This document shows, one piece after another, positions 21,716 to 32,660 of a stretch of 32,759 nt of DNA (its first letter is position 1; each line of letters starts with the position of its first letter). The stretch lies in the NCBI RefSeq assembly GCF_000743755.1, contig NW_014569442.1, positions 1-32,759 on the forward strand, read 5' to 3'. The stretch is from Blastocystis sp. subtype 4. Lineage: Eukaryota. The notes below the pieces were generated by a model. The model searched no databases. It saw only the letters and a list, made by a program, of their open reading frames with translations, and was not told the DNA's origin. A program made the position numbers and the translations under genes.

Positions 21716-23857
21716 ATGAGATCCGTGATAACTCGGATTTGCAATCCGAAGACTTGCAATGGTTCTTCTGAAAGTGGCCTCGTTCCACCAGCCTCGATTA
21801 TTTCCAAAAAGTAAGAAACTATCTGGTTTCTGTTAGCTTTAGTGCTCATACTATGGGATATGCAGATGTTGCTGAGAATCAGAACTTGGTTGTGGCGAAT
21901 GACTCATCGTATACATCCTTGTCTTTTGAGGAGATTTCAATGTATGGACGATTGACTCACTTGGATCTCAATTGTTCGCCTTACGAAGATTGTATCAATT
22001 GCTGTTCGTTCAATGAGCTATCATCGTTAGTTGCTGTTTCAGTAGGAAATGGTTCTGTTTATCTATGGGATGTGCAAACCCATACAGATACTCAGTGTAT
22101 CAAATCAAAAGCACCAATACGTCAACTTCAGCGATTTATTCAAACCGATTCGTGGTTAGGTTGTATGAGTCAGCAGATTGTTGTGCTTGATGGTTCTCAA
22201 GATGTTGTGACTCCCTTTATTCAACGACCCTCTGTGTCTTGCTTTGGCATTTCTTCAGATAAACAGTATCAGTACTAGTGAGTGTGAACTGTAGATTGGT
22301 GGCTGTTGGGGATTCTGACCATAGTCTGCACATTTACGATATTCGGCAGCCATCACTTCCAATTCACTCGCTTTTCTTCCCTGAGTCTTGTGATCCTGTT
22401 GCTGTGACTTGGGATAATTCCAATCGTTTTGTTTGTGTGAATGGACATTCTTGTATTGCTACTGTCGATTTGGTTCAGGAGGTATGTGCGGGTAACGGAG
22501 TATCTATTCTTAATGTCCAACACAACCAGAAATACTCTCGAAATTGTATCTTTCAAGATGGATACCTCATTACAGGCAATGATGATGGTTTAATTTCAGT
22601 ACATGGACCTTCCTCTTCAACCTCTGTATCAATATGTATTCACTATGAGGTCTAATTGATATGTAGCAGAATCACCCATTATGAGTTTGCATCCTCTCTC
22701 TCTCACTCATTCTCTTGCTGTGCCTGATGCTGTTCTAGTTACGACCGATACAGAGATTGCTTTATTGTCTCTCACTCAATCATTTCCAATTGATGAGGAG
22801 TCAACTGGTGACGAACCGGCAGATGTAGTGAATTTGGGAGAGGATATGGAAGAAGAGGCTGAAGAGTGGATGCTTCAGGGAGTTCGTAACGAGTATATGC
22901 GTTGTTCTTGGGACCAATATGGAGTCTGTTGTCAACAAGTATTTGTTTGTCGAACATGTCGAGACCAATATGATCGATTGTTAGCGCGATTACATCCAGA
23001 ATGGTCGGCAACTGAGATCCAATCCATGTGTGATGTGGGAGCACTCTGTGAACAATGTGCGTATCACTGTCATGAAGCTCGAGGGCATGAAGTAGTTGAA
23101 TTAGGGATGAAGAAAAGTGTTGCTTGTGACTGTGGGAATCTATTGTTCCAAAGACTGGATCAATTGGCCCTTCTCGACCAGCCCTCTCTGTCTCGCGAAG
23201 ATATTCCTCATCTTCATGAGTGTTCGCTATGTCCTTCCAAGCCTGAACAATCCTGCAATCACTTTAACCATAATTGGCGTGATCGATGGTGCTACTGTGA
23301 CAAAGAAGAACGACTTCCAATGGTCCAATGTGTTCAGTGTTGTGATTGGTTTCATGAAGATTGTGCAAAGGAACGATATTTATTGACTCATGGGGAGGTG
23401 ATTAATTTGGAAGATGAGAAGAAAGACTTCTATTGTGAGGCCTGTGAATCGAAAATAGGAAGTCAAGTTCAGCCAATGCAAACACAGTTAGTAGGGCAGC
23501 CTTTACAGTCTCCACCAATGGTGCAACCTTCACAACTTCCACAACAGGAATCGCAACGAGACAAAGAAGAGGAAGTTGATGATAACGAAGAGAAGAAGAT
23601 GGAGAGGAAAATTCGTTCTCGGCTGAAAAAGAATGACAAAGCAGGAGCAATGAAACTCGTAAGAGAGAAAAAAAGGAGTCACTTCTAGATCATGAAATAC
23701 ATGCTACGACAAACACTCTCAGAATCAGAATCTCATCAACGTAATATTGTAGTTCAAAATGTGGAATCGTTTGTAGTTTTATAATGAATAGGATGTGATG
23801 CAAGGAGCCAAGATGTTAGAACGGATTATAAATAAGATTAAACATGATCGTGAATGA
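21716..23857 (+). CDS. WD40-repeat region fused to UBR7-like (UBR-box + PHD) module
   Basis: WD repeats (GNGSVYLWD, SLHIYDIR, LITGNDDG) spliced in frame to QQVFVCRTC..CAYHCH..GHEVVELG.K...CDCGN..NHN..CYC..MVQC..C.DWFH. Two further exons extend the CDS to TGA 23855-23857. Start is tentative. Confidence 0.78.
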
Positions 23858-23885
23858 ATCTGTTTTCACAAATAAACTACTTTCG

Positions 23886-26800
23886 ATGTACTCATGTCTC
23901 GGAACGACCTGTATTTGTGGTAATGAGGTTAGTCTCTATCGATTCCACAGGACAGGGTTGACGCTTTACACAATCCACTCGAAGTCGACGATTGTTAAAG
24001 GTTACTTCGTAATTTTCTTTTGAATTGGTATTATAATTAGTCCATTACAACAGAAGCTCTTGACACAGAGTATACTAAGAAAGATGATGGACTTCCTCAT
24101 ACTCATATCCTAAACCATTTCAGCGATGAGAGAATACCTTAATGGATCACTTGAACATCTCATTTTCACAGGGAGTCAGGAGTATCCTTATAAGGGAATT
24201 TTGGACCAAGTGGCAAATCGTTGTTTTGCGCAAGGAACAAATGCTTGGACGGATATTGATCATACAGTGTATGTAAGAGTATTGTTGTAGAATGTAGATA
24301 TTCCCTTGAGGTTGCTGGTATTGAAGGCTTCCTAAGTATTTTACCCATGTATTTGGATGTAGGAATTGGGATTTCACTTCATTCAAGCATATCCTCTTCC
24401 CTACGTTGACGAAAGAGGCATTTATCACAGAAGTTCATTCGATTAATGGAGATGGAGAAGATGAGGGAGTAGTTTACAGTGAAATGGAGTCTGTCCAGAA
24501 CACTTGTGATGAAATCATGTCTCGAAAGCTGTGCTCATTATTATATGGCAACAGTGGATATATATCCTCCTTATCGTGGATCCAAAGAGTTCTTAACGCT
24601 ACTCTTCATATTTTGGAGGTGATATTTCAAATCTACGTGACTTGACGATTGAACAGATCCGACGATATCACCGAGAATATTATCGTCCTGATAATATGTG
24701 CTTAATCGTTGGAGGTAGTTGGGAGAATGGTGATTCGATGTTACTGGAATCCTTAAAGCAGTTTGAGAATCAGATTATTCAACGTACTGTAAATCCGCTT
24801 CCACCCTACCATCGTCCTTGGATGCATGAAATGAGTTTCATTTGTGATGATTCTGCTCCTGTTACTTATGTAACGTTTCCTAGTGCTGATGAAGAGGGTA
24901 ATAATAATCATGTAAGTATTGCAGCAAGAACTGTTCCTATTACGGATTTCCAAACCTGTTCACTCCTTCAGTTATTATTGGAGTATTCGATACTATAGAA
25001 TAATTAACTGTTAGCTATTTGACAGATTCGACAAATTCTTTACTTTCCCAATATTTCGTAATTGATCAGAGAATGTGTGGAGAAGTATCCTATGATACAT
25101 ATGACAATCGCACTGCTGCTTATTGTATTCAGTTTAGTAATGTGGAGAAAGAGAGCATTGATCGCATTCGACCTGAATTTGATCGATTGATCCAACGGTA
25201 TAAGATGGTATAAGACTTCATGATAGAGAGATTTCCATGGGAATCAACATGAAGAGAATGATTCAGACCATCACGAAGAATCTGAATCGATTCAAGGAGA
25301 GTCTCGAAGAATGTGCCACAGAAGCGTTTGCAGACAATATTTTCCTTCATTTCTTGTCGTTCTTGATGATTGGACTTATTGTCAGATATAGCGAGCATCG
25401 CGGGGATCCTTCTGAATTCGCAGAACTAGAATCATCACTATCATATTCTAAGTTCCTCACCTCATTACTCGCCAATCCAGACCCTTCAATCTTTGTCAAT
25501 CTCCTTCACCAATTCTTCACTGAAGGTGGTCAAACACATCTTGTCACGGTTATTGCTACACCCTCTTCAGAAGCTGCAGAGAGGGTAGCAACAGCAGAGA
25601 AAGAACTAGTGGAATATCGTGTACAGACTCTTGGGAAGGAGGGACTCGAAGCAGCCGAAATGGCACAAGAAGCAGCACAGGAAGTGAATGATAAGAGGAT
25701 TCCAGACGAGTTAATAGAGAATGTACCAATTCCAACGGTGAATGCAGTACCATTGCACGATACATGGAGTGGATGTGTGCGAGGTGAAGTAGTAGAATGC
25801 AGTGATCCTCGTCTGTATCCCCAGCTACAGGAAATAGTGAAGGCTGCATGTCCTTATGAAGTACGAGTTTATCATACCACCACAGAATTTGCGACAATAG
25901 CATGTCTATTCCCGACGCAGTCACTCTCAATTGAAGAGAAGCGGTATGAGTTGATTGATAATTTGAACACTAGTCTCCTTCCAATTCTCTTTGCATCTAT
26001 CACAGAGTGTCCTCAGATTCTATCAAATGGAACTGTGAGGACAAGTGATGAAGTCATTGATTTGCTGTATACTCAAACTCTTTCTTGTTCTTTCCAGCTG
26101 GGTGTAAATCCAACTTCAGCATATCAACCGAATCGTTCATGTGAAGTGGCTTCCTTTCAACTTCGTGTAGAGAAGGAGAATCTGAATCAGGGATTGCAAT
26201 TGATGCATGACGTTCTTCTGTGTAGTGACCTTCACAGTGAAAGAGTGTTCTCAGCAATCTCAAAAGTCTTAAAACTATTAGAGGAACGAGTTCATAATGG
26301 AGATAATGTGGCAGAGATTCTCTTACGACGACTTGTTCTCTCAGAAGAATCGAATTATAACTGTTTTGATCAGATTCATATGCGTTGTTGGCTTCAGACG
26401 TTGAATACAGAGAATGATACACACGAATCACTACTCCAATCTCTGGAGGCTCTTCGGGTTAAACTTTGTGATGCTTCACATATTCAGTTTCTCTTCTTCT
26501 TATTGACTAATGAATAGTCTCTTCATAAGTACTGATTTCACACACACACAACTCTCAGCTGAAGTTCTTCATTCACTTACTCTTCACAAGAAGTCATTCT
26601 CTTCCATTCCAACCACCCTTCCTTTCATTCAGTCTAATATCTATCATAAGTCGATACCCACGGGGAAAGTGTATCTTTGTGGGATGAAGGATGTCACGAC
26701 TGTTTCATTCTCGTTAGTCGTTCCAGACCTGAAAACTCGTTCACTTCACAACTTGATGGTACTTCACGTTGCCAAAGAGTTGTTAGCGGGGTTCGAAGGG

Positions 26801-27328
26801 CCATTTTGGAGAGCGATTCGAGGGAAAGGACTCAGTTATGATTTTGGATTGTAGGTGTGAGGAATGAATGTAAGAAGTAGATTGCCTCGTCTGGATCAGG
26901 GATATGAGTGTTTCTATCTTAGTGATTGTTCAGCTCCTGTGGAGGCTCTGGAAGCAGCTGCTTCCATCCTGGAGGAATATGCAGACAAAGGAGTGAGTGA
27001 GTTGGAATTGGATGGAGCTCGAGGAGCGATGTGTTATTCACTGTGTGACTCTATGGATGATGTGGTGTTGGATGCACTTACAAGAATTGCTGATGGAAAA
27101 GATGCTCACATGTCGAAGATGGCTTTGAAGGAACTCGGAATGGTGACAAAAGAGGAGGTTGAGAGTTGTATTCGCGATGAGTTAAGCCGTATATTTGAGG
27201 TAGAATTAACATGTGGCGTGATGACGTGTCCGGAAGATAAGGTTGAAGAATTCGACGAAGAGCTGAAGGAAATGGGATACGAAACCGTAGTTTTGTCCTT
27301 TGGAGAGTTACTCCAACAGGGATTCTAA
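23886..27328 (+). CDS. M16 family (insulinase/presequence-protease-like) zinc metallopeptidase, multi-exon incl. two AT-AC introns
   Basis: DDGLPHTLEHLIFTGSQEYPYKGILD, GTNAWTD, GVVYSEM, YHREYYRPDN, EGPFWRAIRGKGLSY. Confidence 0.92.
24105..24150 (+). other. U12-type AT-AC intron, 46 nt
   Basis: ATATCCTA...TACCTTAAT-GGATCAC. Removal creates H-T-L-E-H. Confidence 0.93.
24562..24602 (+). other. U12-type AT-AC intron, 41 nt
   Basis: ATATCCTC...GTTCTTAAC-GCTAC. Removal joins ORF frames 24406 and 24642 (GNSGY|SSYFGG..NLRDLT). Confidence 0.9.
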
Positions 27329-27386
27329 TACTTTGTTTTGTTTGTTTGTATTATCATTGGAATCTGACGAGTTCGTGGAATAGGAG

Positions 27387-28867
27387 ATGGAACTGTCTTC
27401 AAACTTCCAGAATTGTGTCCAGAACCTCATTGCGAAGACAAGTGGAGATCAATTAAACGAACTATTTTCAAGGAGTGTTTATGATCATACTAATGATTAC
27501 TGGAGGTCAGAAATACGAGTCGAAGCAATTCGGAAAGGTTTGGAATATATCTATCTGTTATCCAAGAATCCAGATGTTTTTAATACATTTGGAAACGATA
27601 TTATCCAATGTTTCTATGATCTGAGCAAAGTAATACAGAGGTTCTGGTTCCATATAGGTCTCTCCTGAGCCAATTCGTCACTTAACATTGGAGTATCTAA
27701 ATGTTGTGAAAACGAAATGGTTAGCAACGCTTCAAAGTGGTTATTGGAAAGAGAAGGAGATTCCAAATGAGCAGGAAGTCATGGATGCAGCCATCATTCT
27801 CTATAGTCTACAATGTTTAAACTCTGATGTGCATTTCGGTGGAGACCTCCAGAAATATGTTGTATCAAGCCAAGAAGATGACAACTCGGGAAAGAGGCTA
27901 TCAGTGATGGAATTGTTTGGATGGAATCCACTTGAGGAGAGTATTCCTTCAACAGTAGTTGATTTGTGTGTGAAATGTCATCGGCGAAACCCACGAAGAA
28001 GTACTAACTGCAAGTTGTTATGAATTGAAGTATTTATTTGTAGACATTGCAATAGTGAAGTAGTGATTATCACTCCATATCGATTATTGTCCAATAGTCT
28101 CATTTACTCCTTCTACTGCAACATGGCTGGAATTGATTTGGAGTGTTCATATGATGACTTTCTGCGTTGGCTTCCATTTCTCCGTCCTTACAAATCTTCC
28201 TTAGAGTTGCCATGGAAGGAATTTGTAGATCAGTGTTATCTTGTGATTTCGTTGTGATTTGGTGATGTCTAGATAACACATGTTATTTTCACCCTATCGC
28301 AATGGGGCCAATTACGGCTTCAGATCCAACAACTTCCTCATGAATATCTCTTTCTCCAAGAACATTTACCTCTTATGATCCAGAAGAAGGATGTTCACTT
28401 AGTAGGCGAGTTTATTCAGTGTCTGCGTATTTTTGGTGTGGAGGAGAATAATTCGAGTATCTTGGATGGGCTTCAATTTCTGTTGGAAGAACAGAATGCA
28501 GATGGATCCTGGGATAATCAAATGATGGATGGATTTCACGTAGATCTTGCATATGTAGCATACCATGCTACGATGGTTGCAATTCAGGCTCTGATTCCTC
28601 CCATGTTTACTGGTTTTGGTTGCATGAGTGAGTCAACAGAAGAGATTGTTTCGCGATGGTACAGTACAGAAGTAGGTTAGAATAGATGAATTGAGAGTAG
28701 TTCTTGCGATGTGAACCGATTCCTTCACCACTCCCATCAGAGAATATTGAGAACGATTTCATGAAAGATATGCGACTGGCATCTATGGAGGACAATCTGG
28801 ATCTGATCTTTGATTCAATTCCTTCGATACTTCAGCATATTCAAGACAGACGTCTTACTCGGCGATA
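27387..28867 (+). CDS. Hypothetical protein with zinc ribbon and prenyltransferase/terpene-cyclase-like QxxDGSW motif; 4 introns
   Basis: Spliced frame includes CVKCHRRN..CKHC, CYLITHVIF, HLVGEFIQCL, FLLEEQNADGSW and YHAT. Ends at TA 28866-67 (poly(A)) or genomic TAA 28878-80. Confidence 0.72.
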
Positions 28868-28871
28868 CGAC

Positions 28872-28887
28872 TGTTTGTAAACAAACA
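28872..28887. terminator. Back-to-back polyadenylation elements of two convergent genes
   Basis: TGTTTGTA (+, 28872-79) abuts TGTTTGTT (-, 28880-87). Confidence 0.72.
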
Positions 28888-28904
28888 AATAACACTACTA
28901 GGCT

Positions 28905-29721
28905 TTACAAAACGGTACAACAGCCCCCTGAAGGTACCTCTTCGGTTCTCAATTCCAACACATACTATGTTACATTCTATCCTCTCACCTTACATTCACC
29001 GCACTATCGAATACAGGCTTTAGTCCCTCCTGTGTCTTTGCACTGCACTGCAGACATCCTCCGGCATTTAACTTCTTCGCCATTGCCTCAGCCTCAAATT
29101 CAGGACATCAAGTATTTCGTACCTCTTCCATCGTGACAATCGTTTCTTTATTTTCACTAAGTTTGCTAAGCGTAGCAGGATCCGAAATGAGATCCTTCTT
29201 GGTTCCGACAAGGAACAAGGGAACTGGACGGCTTGTATCCTTCCAGTGCTGATTTAGTTCCTTAAACCACTATAGATCAAAGATGTTAAACACATGAACC
29301 TTTTCGACATTGTTAAATGAATTACGACTAAAGGTAAGATCAACCGAAAAACACATACTCCACACAAGAATATGCAATCAAAAAGATATCGGTATCAGGA
29401 TAAGAGAGAGGACGAAGCTGATCATATGCTTCCTGACCTACAAGTCTAAACACAAAACAAATTACTACCTGCAGTATCCCATAGCTCCAAACTTGCAGTT
29501 TTGTTTCCAATACTCACTTCAACCCTGTAATTATCAAAAACTAAAAATGAACTCCTATTCACTCACAAAATACCAGTAGGAACATATTCTTCAGGGAAAT
29601 GGTCGGTTGAATACGAAATAAGCATGCAAGTCTTTCCTACGGCACCATCACTATGACTCTCAATTCATGCACTGAAAAGATACCCAACAACCACACACTT
29701 AATTGAGTTCTGTTCTGACAT
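28905..29721 (-). CDS. Rho-family GTPase (Rac-like); 7 introns
   Basis: [61 protein letters not shown], CaaX CTVL*. Confidence 0.95.
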
Positions 29722-29988
29722 TGTCAAACTCCTATATCAAGTATTCTAAACAAGATCAGAAACCGTCCAAGAAATGCGTGTGTAACGGTTCTTTTGTAAT
29801 TTTGACAACACGATGTGATATTTCGATTATCGCTTTTGTTAGTATTGAAGATTCGAATATATCATTCCAGTAAGATAACAGTCACTTATTAGTGATTCTT
29901 TCAAACAGGCCAAAACAACGGATGAACGACTACTATGTAATAATTCTTTGGATTTGTAGAGAAGGAAAGAAAAATAAATGGAGTCAAC

Positions 29989-30267
29989 TCATTCGACATT
30001 GGCAGTATACAAGGACCATCCAACCCACCTGAAATATTGAATAGCTATAAGGAGAGGAAGCAGAAGAAATAATAAACAACTAAGACTAAAGACAATGGAT
30101 GATTGACAACATAATACGAATCATGAAGGAAGAATTAGCATCAATAGTTGCGATAATAGATGGAACCCAGTCCGAACAAAAACTACATCTTATATGATAG
30201 TATTCACAAACATCACAGCAGAGATGATAGCAGTGATTCCACATGAAATAAGAAGGATCTGTGTCAT
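29989..30267 (-). CDS. Small two-TM protein, PIG-Y/Eri1-like (GPI-GlcNAc transferase subunit); 2 introns
   Basis: About 70 aa after removing 29- and 31-nt introns; C-terminus CLLFLLLPLLIAIQYFRWVGWSLYTANVE* resembles the PIG-Y tail. Confidence 0.55.
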
Positions 30268-30285
30268 CAAGAGAAGAAAGAAAAA

Positions 30286-30367
30286 TGCACGAAGAGGGAC
30301 TCGAACCCTCGAGTGCGAACACATTACGGCCTTAACGTAACCCCTTGGACCACTCGGGCATCCGTGC
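30286..30367 (-). tRNA. tRNA-Leu (AAG)
   Basis: Acceptor GCACGGA/TTCGTGC-A, D-arm CCCGAGTGGTCCAAGGG, anticodon stem TTACG-TTAAGGC-CGTAA, long variable arm, T-arm GAGGG-TTCGAGT-CCCTC, then TTTTT. Confidence 0.95.
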
Positions 30368-30433
30368 AGCAATTAAGATCTTCTACATCTCTATATAAGG
30401 AATGTAACAAACATATCATTTGACGAACTCTGA

Positions 30434-30928
30434 CTACTTCACATCAATGTGCTTCTTGTTCGTTGCCTGTTCCTTTTTGGGGATAGAAATCATCAGTACA
30501 CCATTATTATACATGGCATCAATCTTCTCCGTATTCGCATTAGCAGGAAGAGAGATTTCGCGATGAAAACTACCAAAGTGTCTTTCAGTGAAGTGATACT
30601 TGTTGCTCTTATCATCAACTGTCTTCTCCTGCTTGCGTTCTCCCTCAATTGACAACACATTGTTGTCTGTGGTGATTTTAATCTCACTCTTATTCATTCC
30701 TGGAATATCCACGTTCAACTCATAGTTGTTTTCAGTTTCCTTCAGATCCATTCGGCCAAATCCAGAAAATGGAGTAATAACATCTCTTCTCATGCGCTTT
30801 GGAGAAGATATAGCATCGCTTGTCTTATCTTCTAGAGAGAAAGGATAGCTTCGGGTTCCGAAAGGCCAATTGGAACTGAGAATGTCTTCAAAACCGTTAA
30901 AGAAGGGATCTCGCAGAATAAAGCTCAT
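30434..30928 (-). CDS. Small heat-shock protein (HSP20/alpha-crystallin domain), intronless
   Basis: RMDLKET, DIPGMNK, LSIEGER, ERHFGSFHREISLP, YNNGVLMISIPK. Confidence 0.95.
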   Translation of the reverse strand: MSFILRDPFFNGFEDILSSNWPFGTRSYPFSLEDKTSDAISSPKRMRRDVITPFSGFGRMDLKETENNYELNVDIPGMNKSEIKITTDNNVLSIEGERKQEKTVDDKSNKYHFTERHFGSFHREISLPANANTEKIDAMYNNGVLMISIPKKEQATNKKHIDVK

Positions 30929-31359
30929 AATAATAGAGAATTGTATGAATTCGAGGTTGTCATCTTCACATGTCTTTCAAACTGATGGTAATTGATACAT
31001 GCACTCAAAATTCCATCTCTTACTCAATCGAAATAGTTTCGAGCCCGAAGGACTCTTTTCAACCAACATCCAACTAATCATCCATTTTCTAAGAGTTGTA
31101 TACTCACCTATGAGCAATATATTGGGCAGCTAGAGAAGCGCAAGTGCCTTCATTTTCTTAATTGGATCATATGCCAGCATATAACCCATAATAAATAGGG
31201 CCTTCAATAACTGAGATGGATTCTGACACCCATAGGTTGTCAAAAGCTCTATTATATCTGTAATTATTCTAACTAATATCATTTGATGCATAGGAGACGA
31301 TTAGAACCTGCCGTTATTCCTCCATTACTGGTCCTTCATCAGTACTTGATCTATTGATA

Positions 31360-32086
31360 ATGGATGATGAGTATGGAGAAAGTTTAGTGAAAGCCTATAT
31401 TTGTGTGATTAAATCTCTTGTGTCACGATGTGAAGATGTAGCGGTGCATAACCTAATTGATTGAATAGAAATCAAGCCATAATTCCACATCGAAGTTTCA
31501 CTCCACGCGAATTCCGTCTATCTCTATTGATGACTATGTTGAAAGGTATGAAAGCCTAGAATGTTTGATTTTGTAGAATTATGAAGTATTTTCAATGCAG
31601 TTATGAGTGTTTTGTGTGTTCTCTTGCCTACATTGATTTGTTACTCCAGAATCCTGGGTTTGTGCTTAATGGATATAGCGTCCATCGTGTAGTATTGACA
31701 ACGTAGGATTTTTATTACGCTTATAAAAGTAGTGTAATGGAGGCAGCCAAGTTCTATGATGATAGTTTTTTCAACAATGAGCTCTATGCACGAGTGGGAG
31801 GCGTTTCTGTTGATGAGTTGAATGACTTGGAGTTAGAGTTTGTCTTTTTGGTGAGTTTTTCTTTGGTAATCTCCCCTGAGGAGTATCAAAAGATTCACAA
31901 CGAATTGTTTAGACATTGCAGAGATATTTGCCGCCAATGTTGTATGAGACGGAGGATGCCTGTAATCTAGGTTCTCTTCGCTTTCCTTCTTTAAGAATGG
32001 TTCCTTCTTCTCATTCGTTTTCTTCTCTCGAATATTGCACTTTTGATTTCTCCGATACTCAAAACTCGAGGAAGATCTGTACATAG
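31360..32086 (+). CDS. Second Pho80/cyclin-P family cyclin; 4 introns
   Basis: FHSTRIPSISIDDYVERI, SLAYID, SVHRVVLT, AAKFYDD..NNELYARVGGV. Start could lie further upstream. Confidence 0.87.
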
Positions 32087-32139
32087 TAGTTCTTTAGTCC
32101 CTCTAGTGTTGTAAACAAACACCCACCTGCTTGAAATGA

Positions 32140-32595
32140 TTAGACTGGAGGCCAACCGCACTTCTTTCCTCCAATTACATGGATGTGAAGATGGAACACA
32201 GTCTGTTCTATACATTAGGGAACATAAATACCACTCACGAGCATCAGGACCATCATTAATGACAATACGATAGCCAGGCTCCAACTTCTCCTGCATGGCA
32301 ACAATCGTGGCCACTCTCATTAGATGACCAACAAGCTGCTCCTGATCCTCACGCATCTGCATATTATATCAGTAATACTTGCAAACATATCTCAACTGAG
32401 TAAGATTGCCGCAAACCTTTGGAACGACAATAATATGAACAGGAGCACATGGATTGATGTCTCTGAAAGCACAGCACTACACATCAAGCAAGTCCGACCA
32501 ATACACACTTGATCGTCCTCATACACGATAGTTGAAGGAATCTGATGGTTTGCAATCTTCTCGAAAAGTGTCAACTCTTTCGCTTCTCCAGACAT
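32140..32595 (-). CDS. HINT1: Histidine triad nucleotide-binding protein; 3 introns
   Basis: LFEKIA..IPSTIVYEDD, AFRDINPCAPVHI, GYRIVINDG, VFHLHIHVIGGK..GWPPV*. Confidence 0.93.
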
Positions 32596-32660
32596 TGTAG
32601 ATTTGATAAAACAGACTTAACGTCCTGAGAATATTTAGGAATAACAAACATGACAACTAC

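Noticed and set aside
4629..29721. Functional clustering of trafficking genes (GOS1, Rab, REP, Rac) or glycosylation genes (UAP1-like, two GTs, PIG-Y-like)
   Set aside because: Interspersed with unrelated genes on mixed strands; no shared regulatory motif seen.
30086..30372. ORF-track ORFs of 78 and 60 aa
   Set aside because: Their 5' parts overlap tRNA-Leu; only the downstream portions match exons of the small spliced gene.
30930..31200. Heat-shock elements upstream of HSP20
   Set aside because: GAA/TTC units are not in correct nGAAn spacing.
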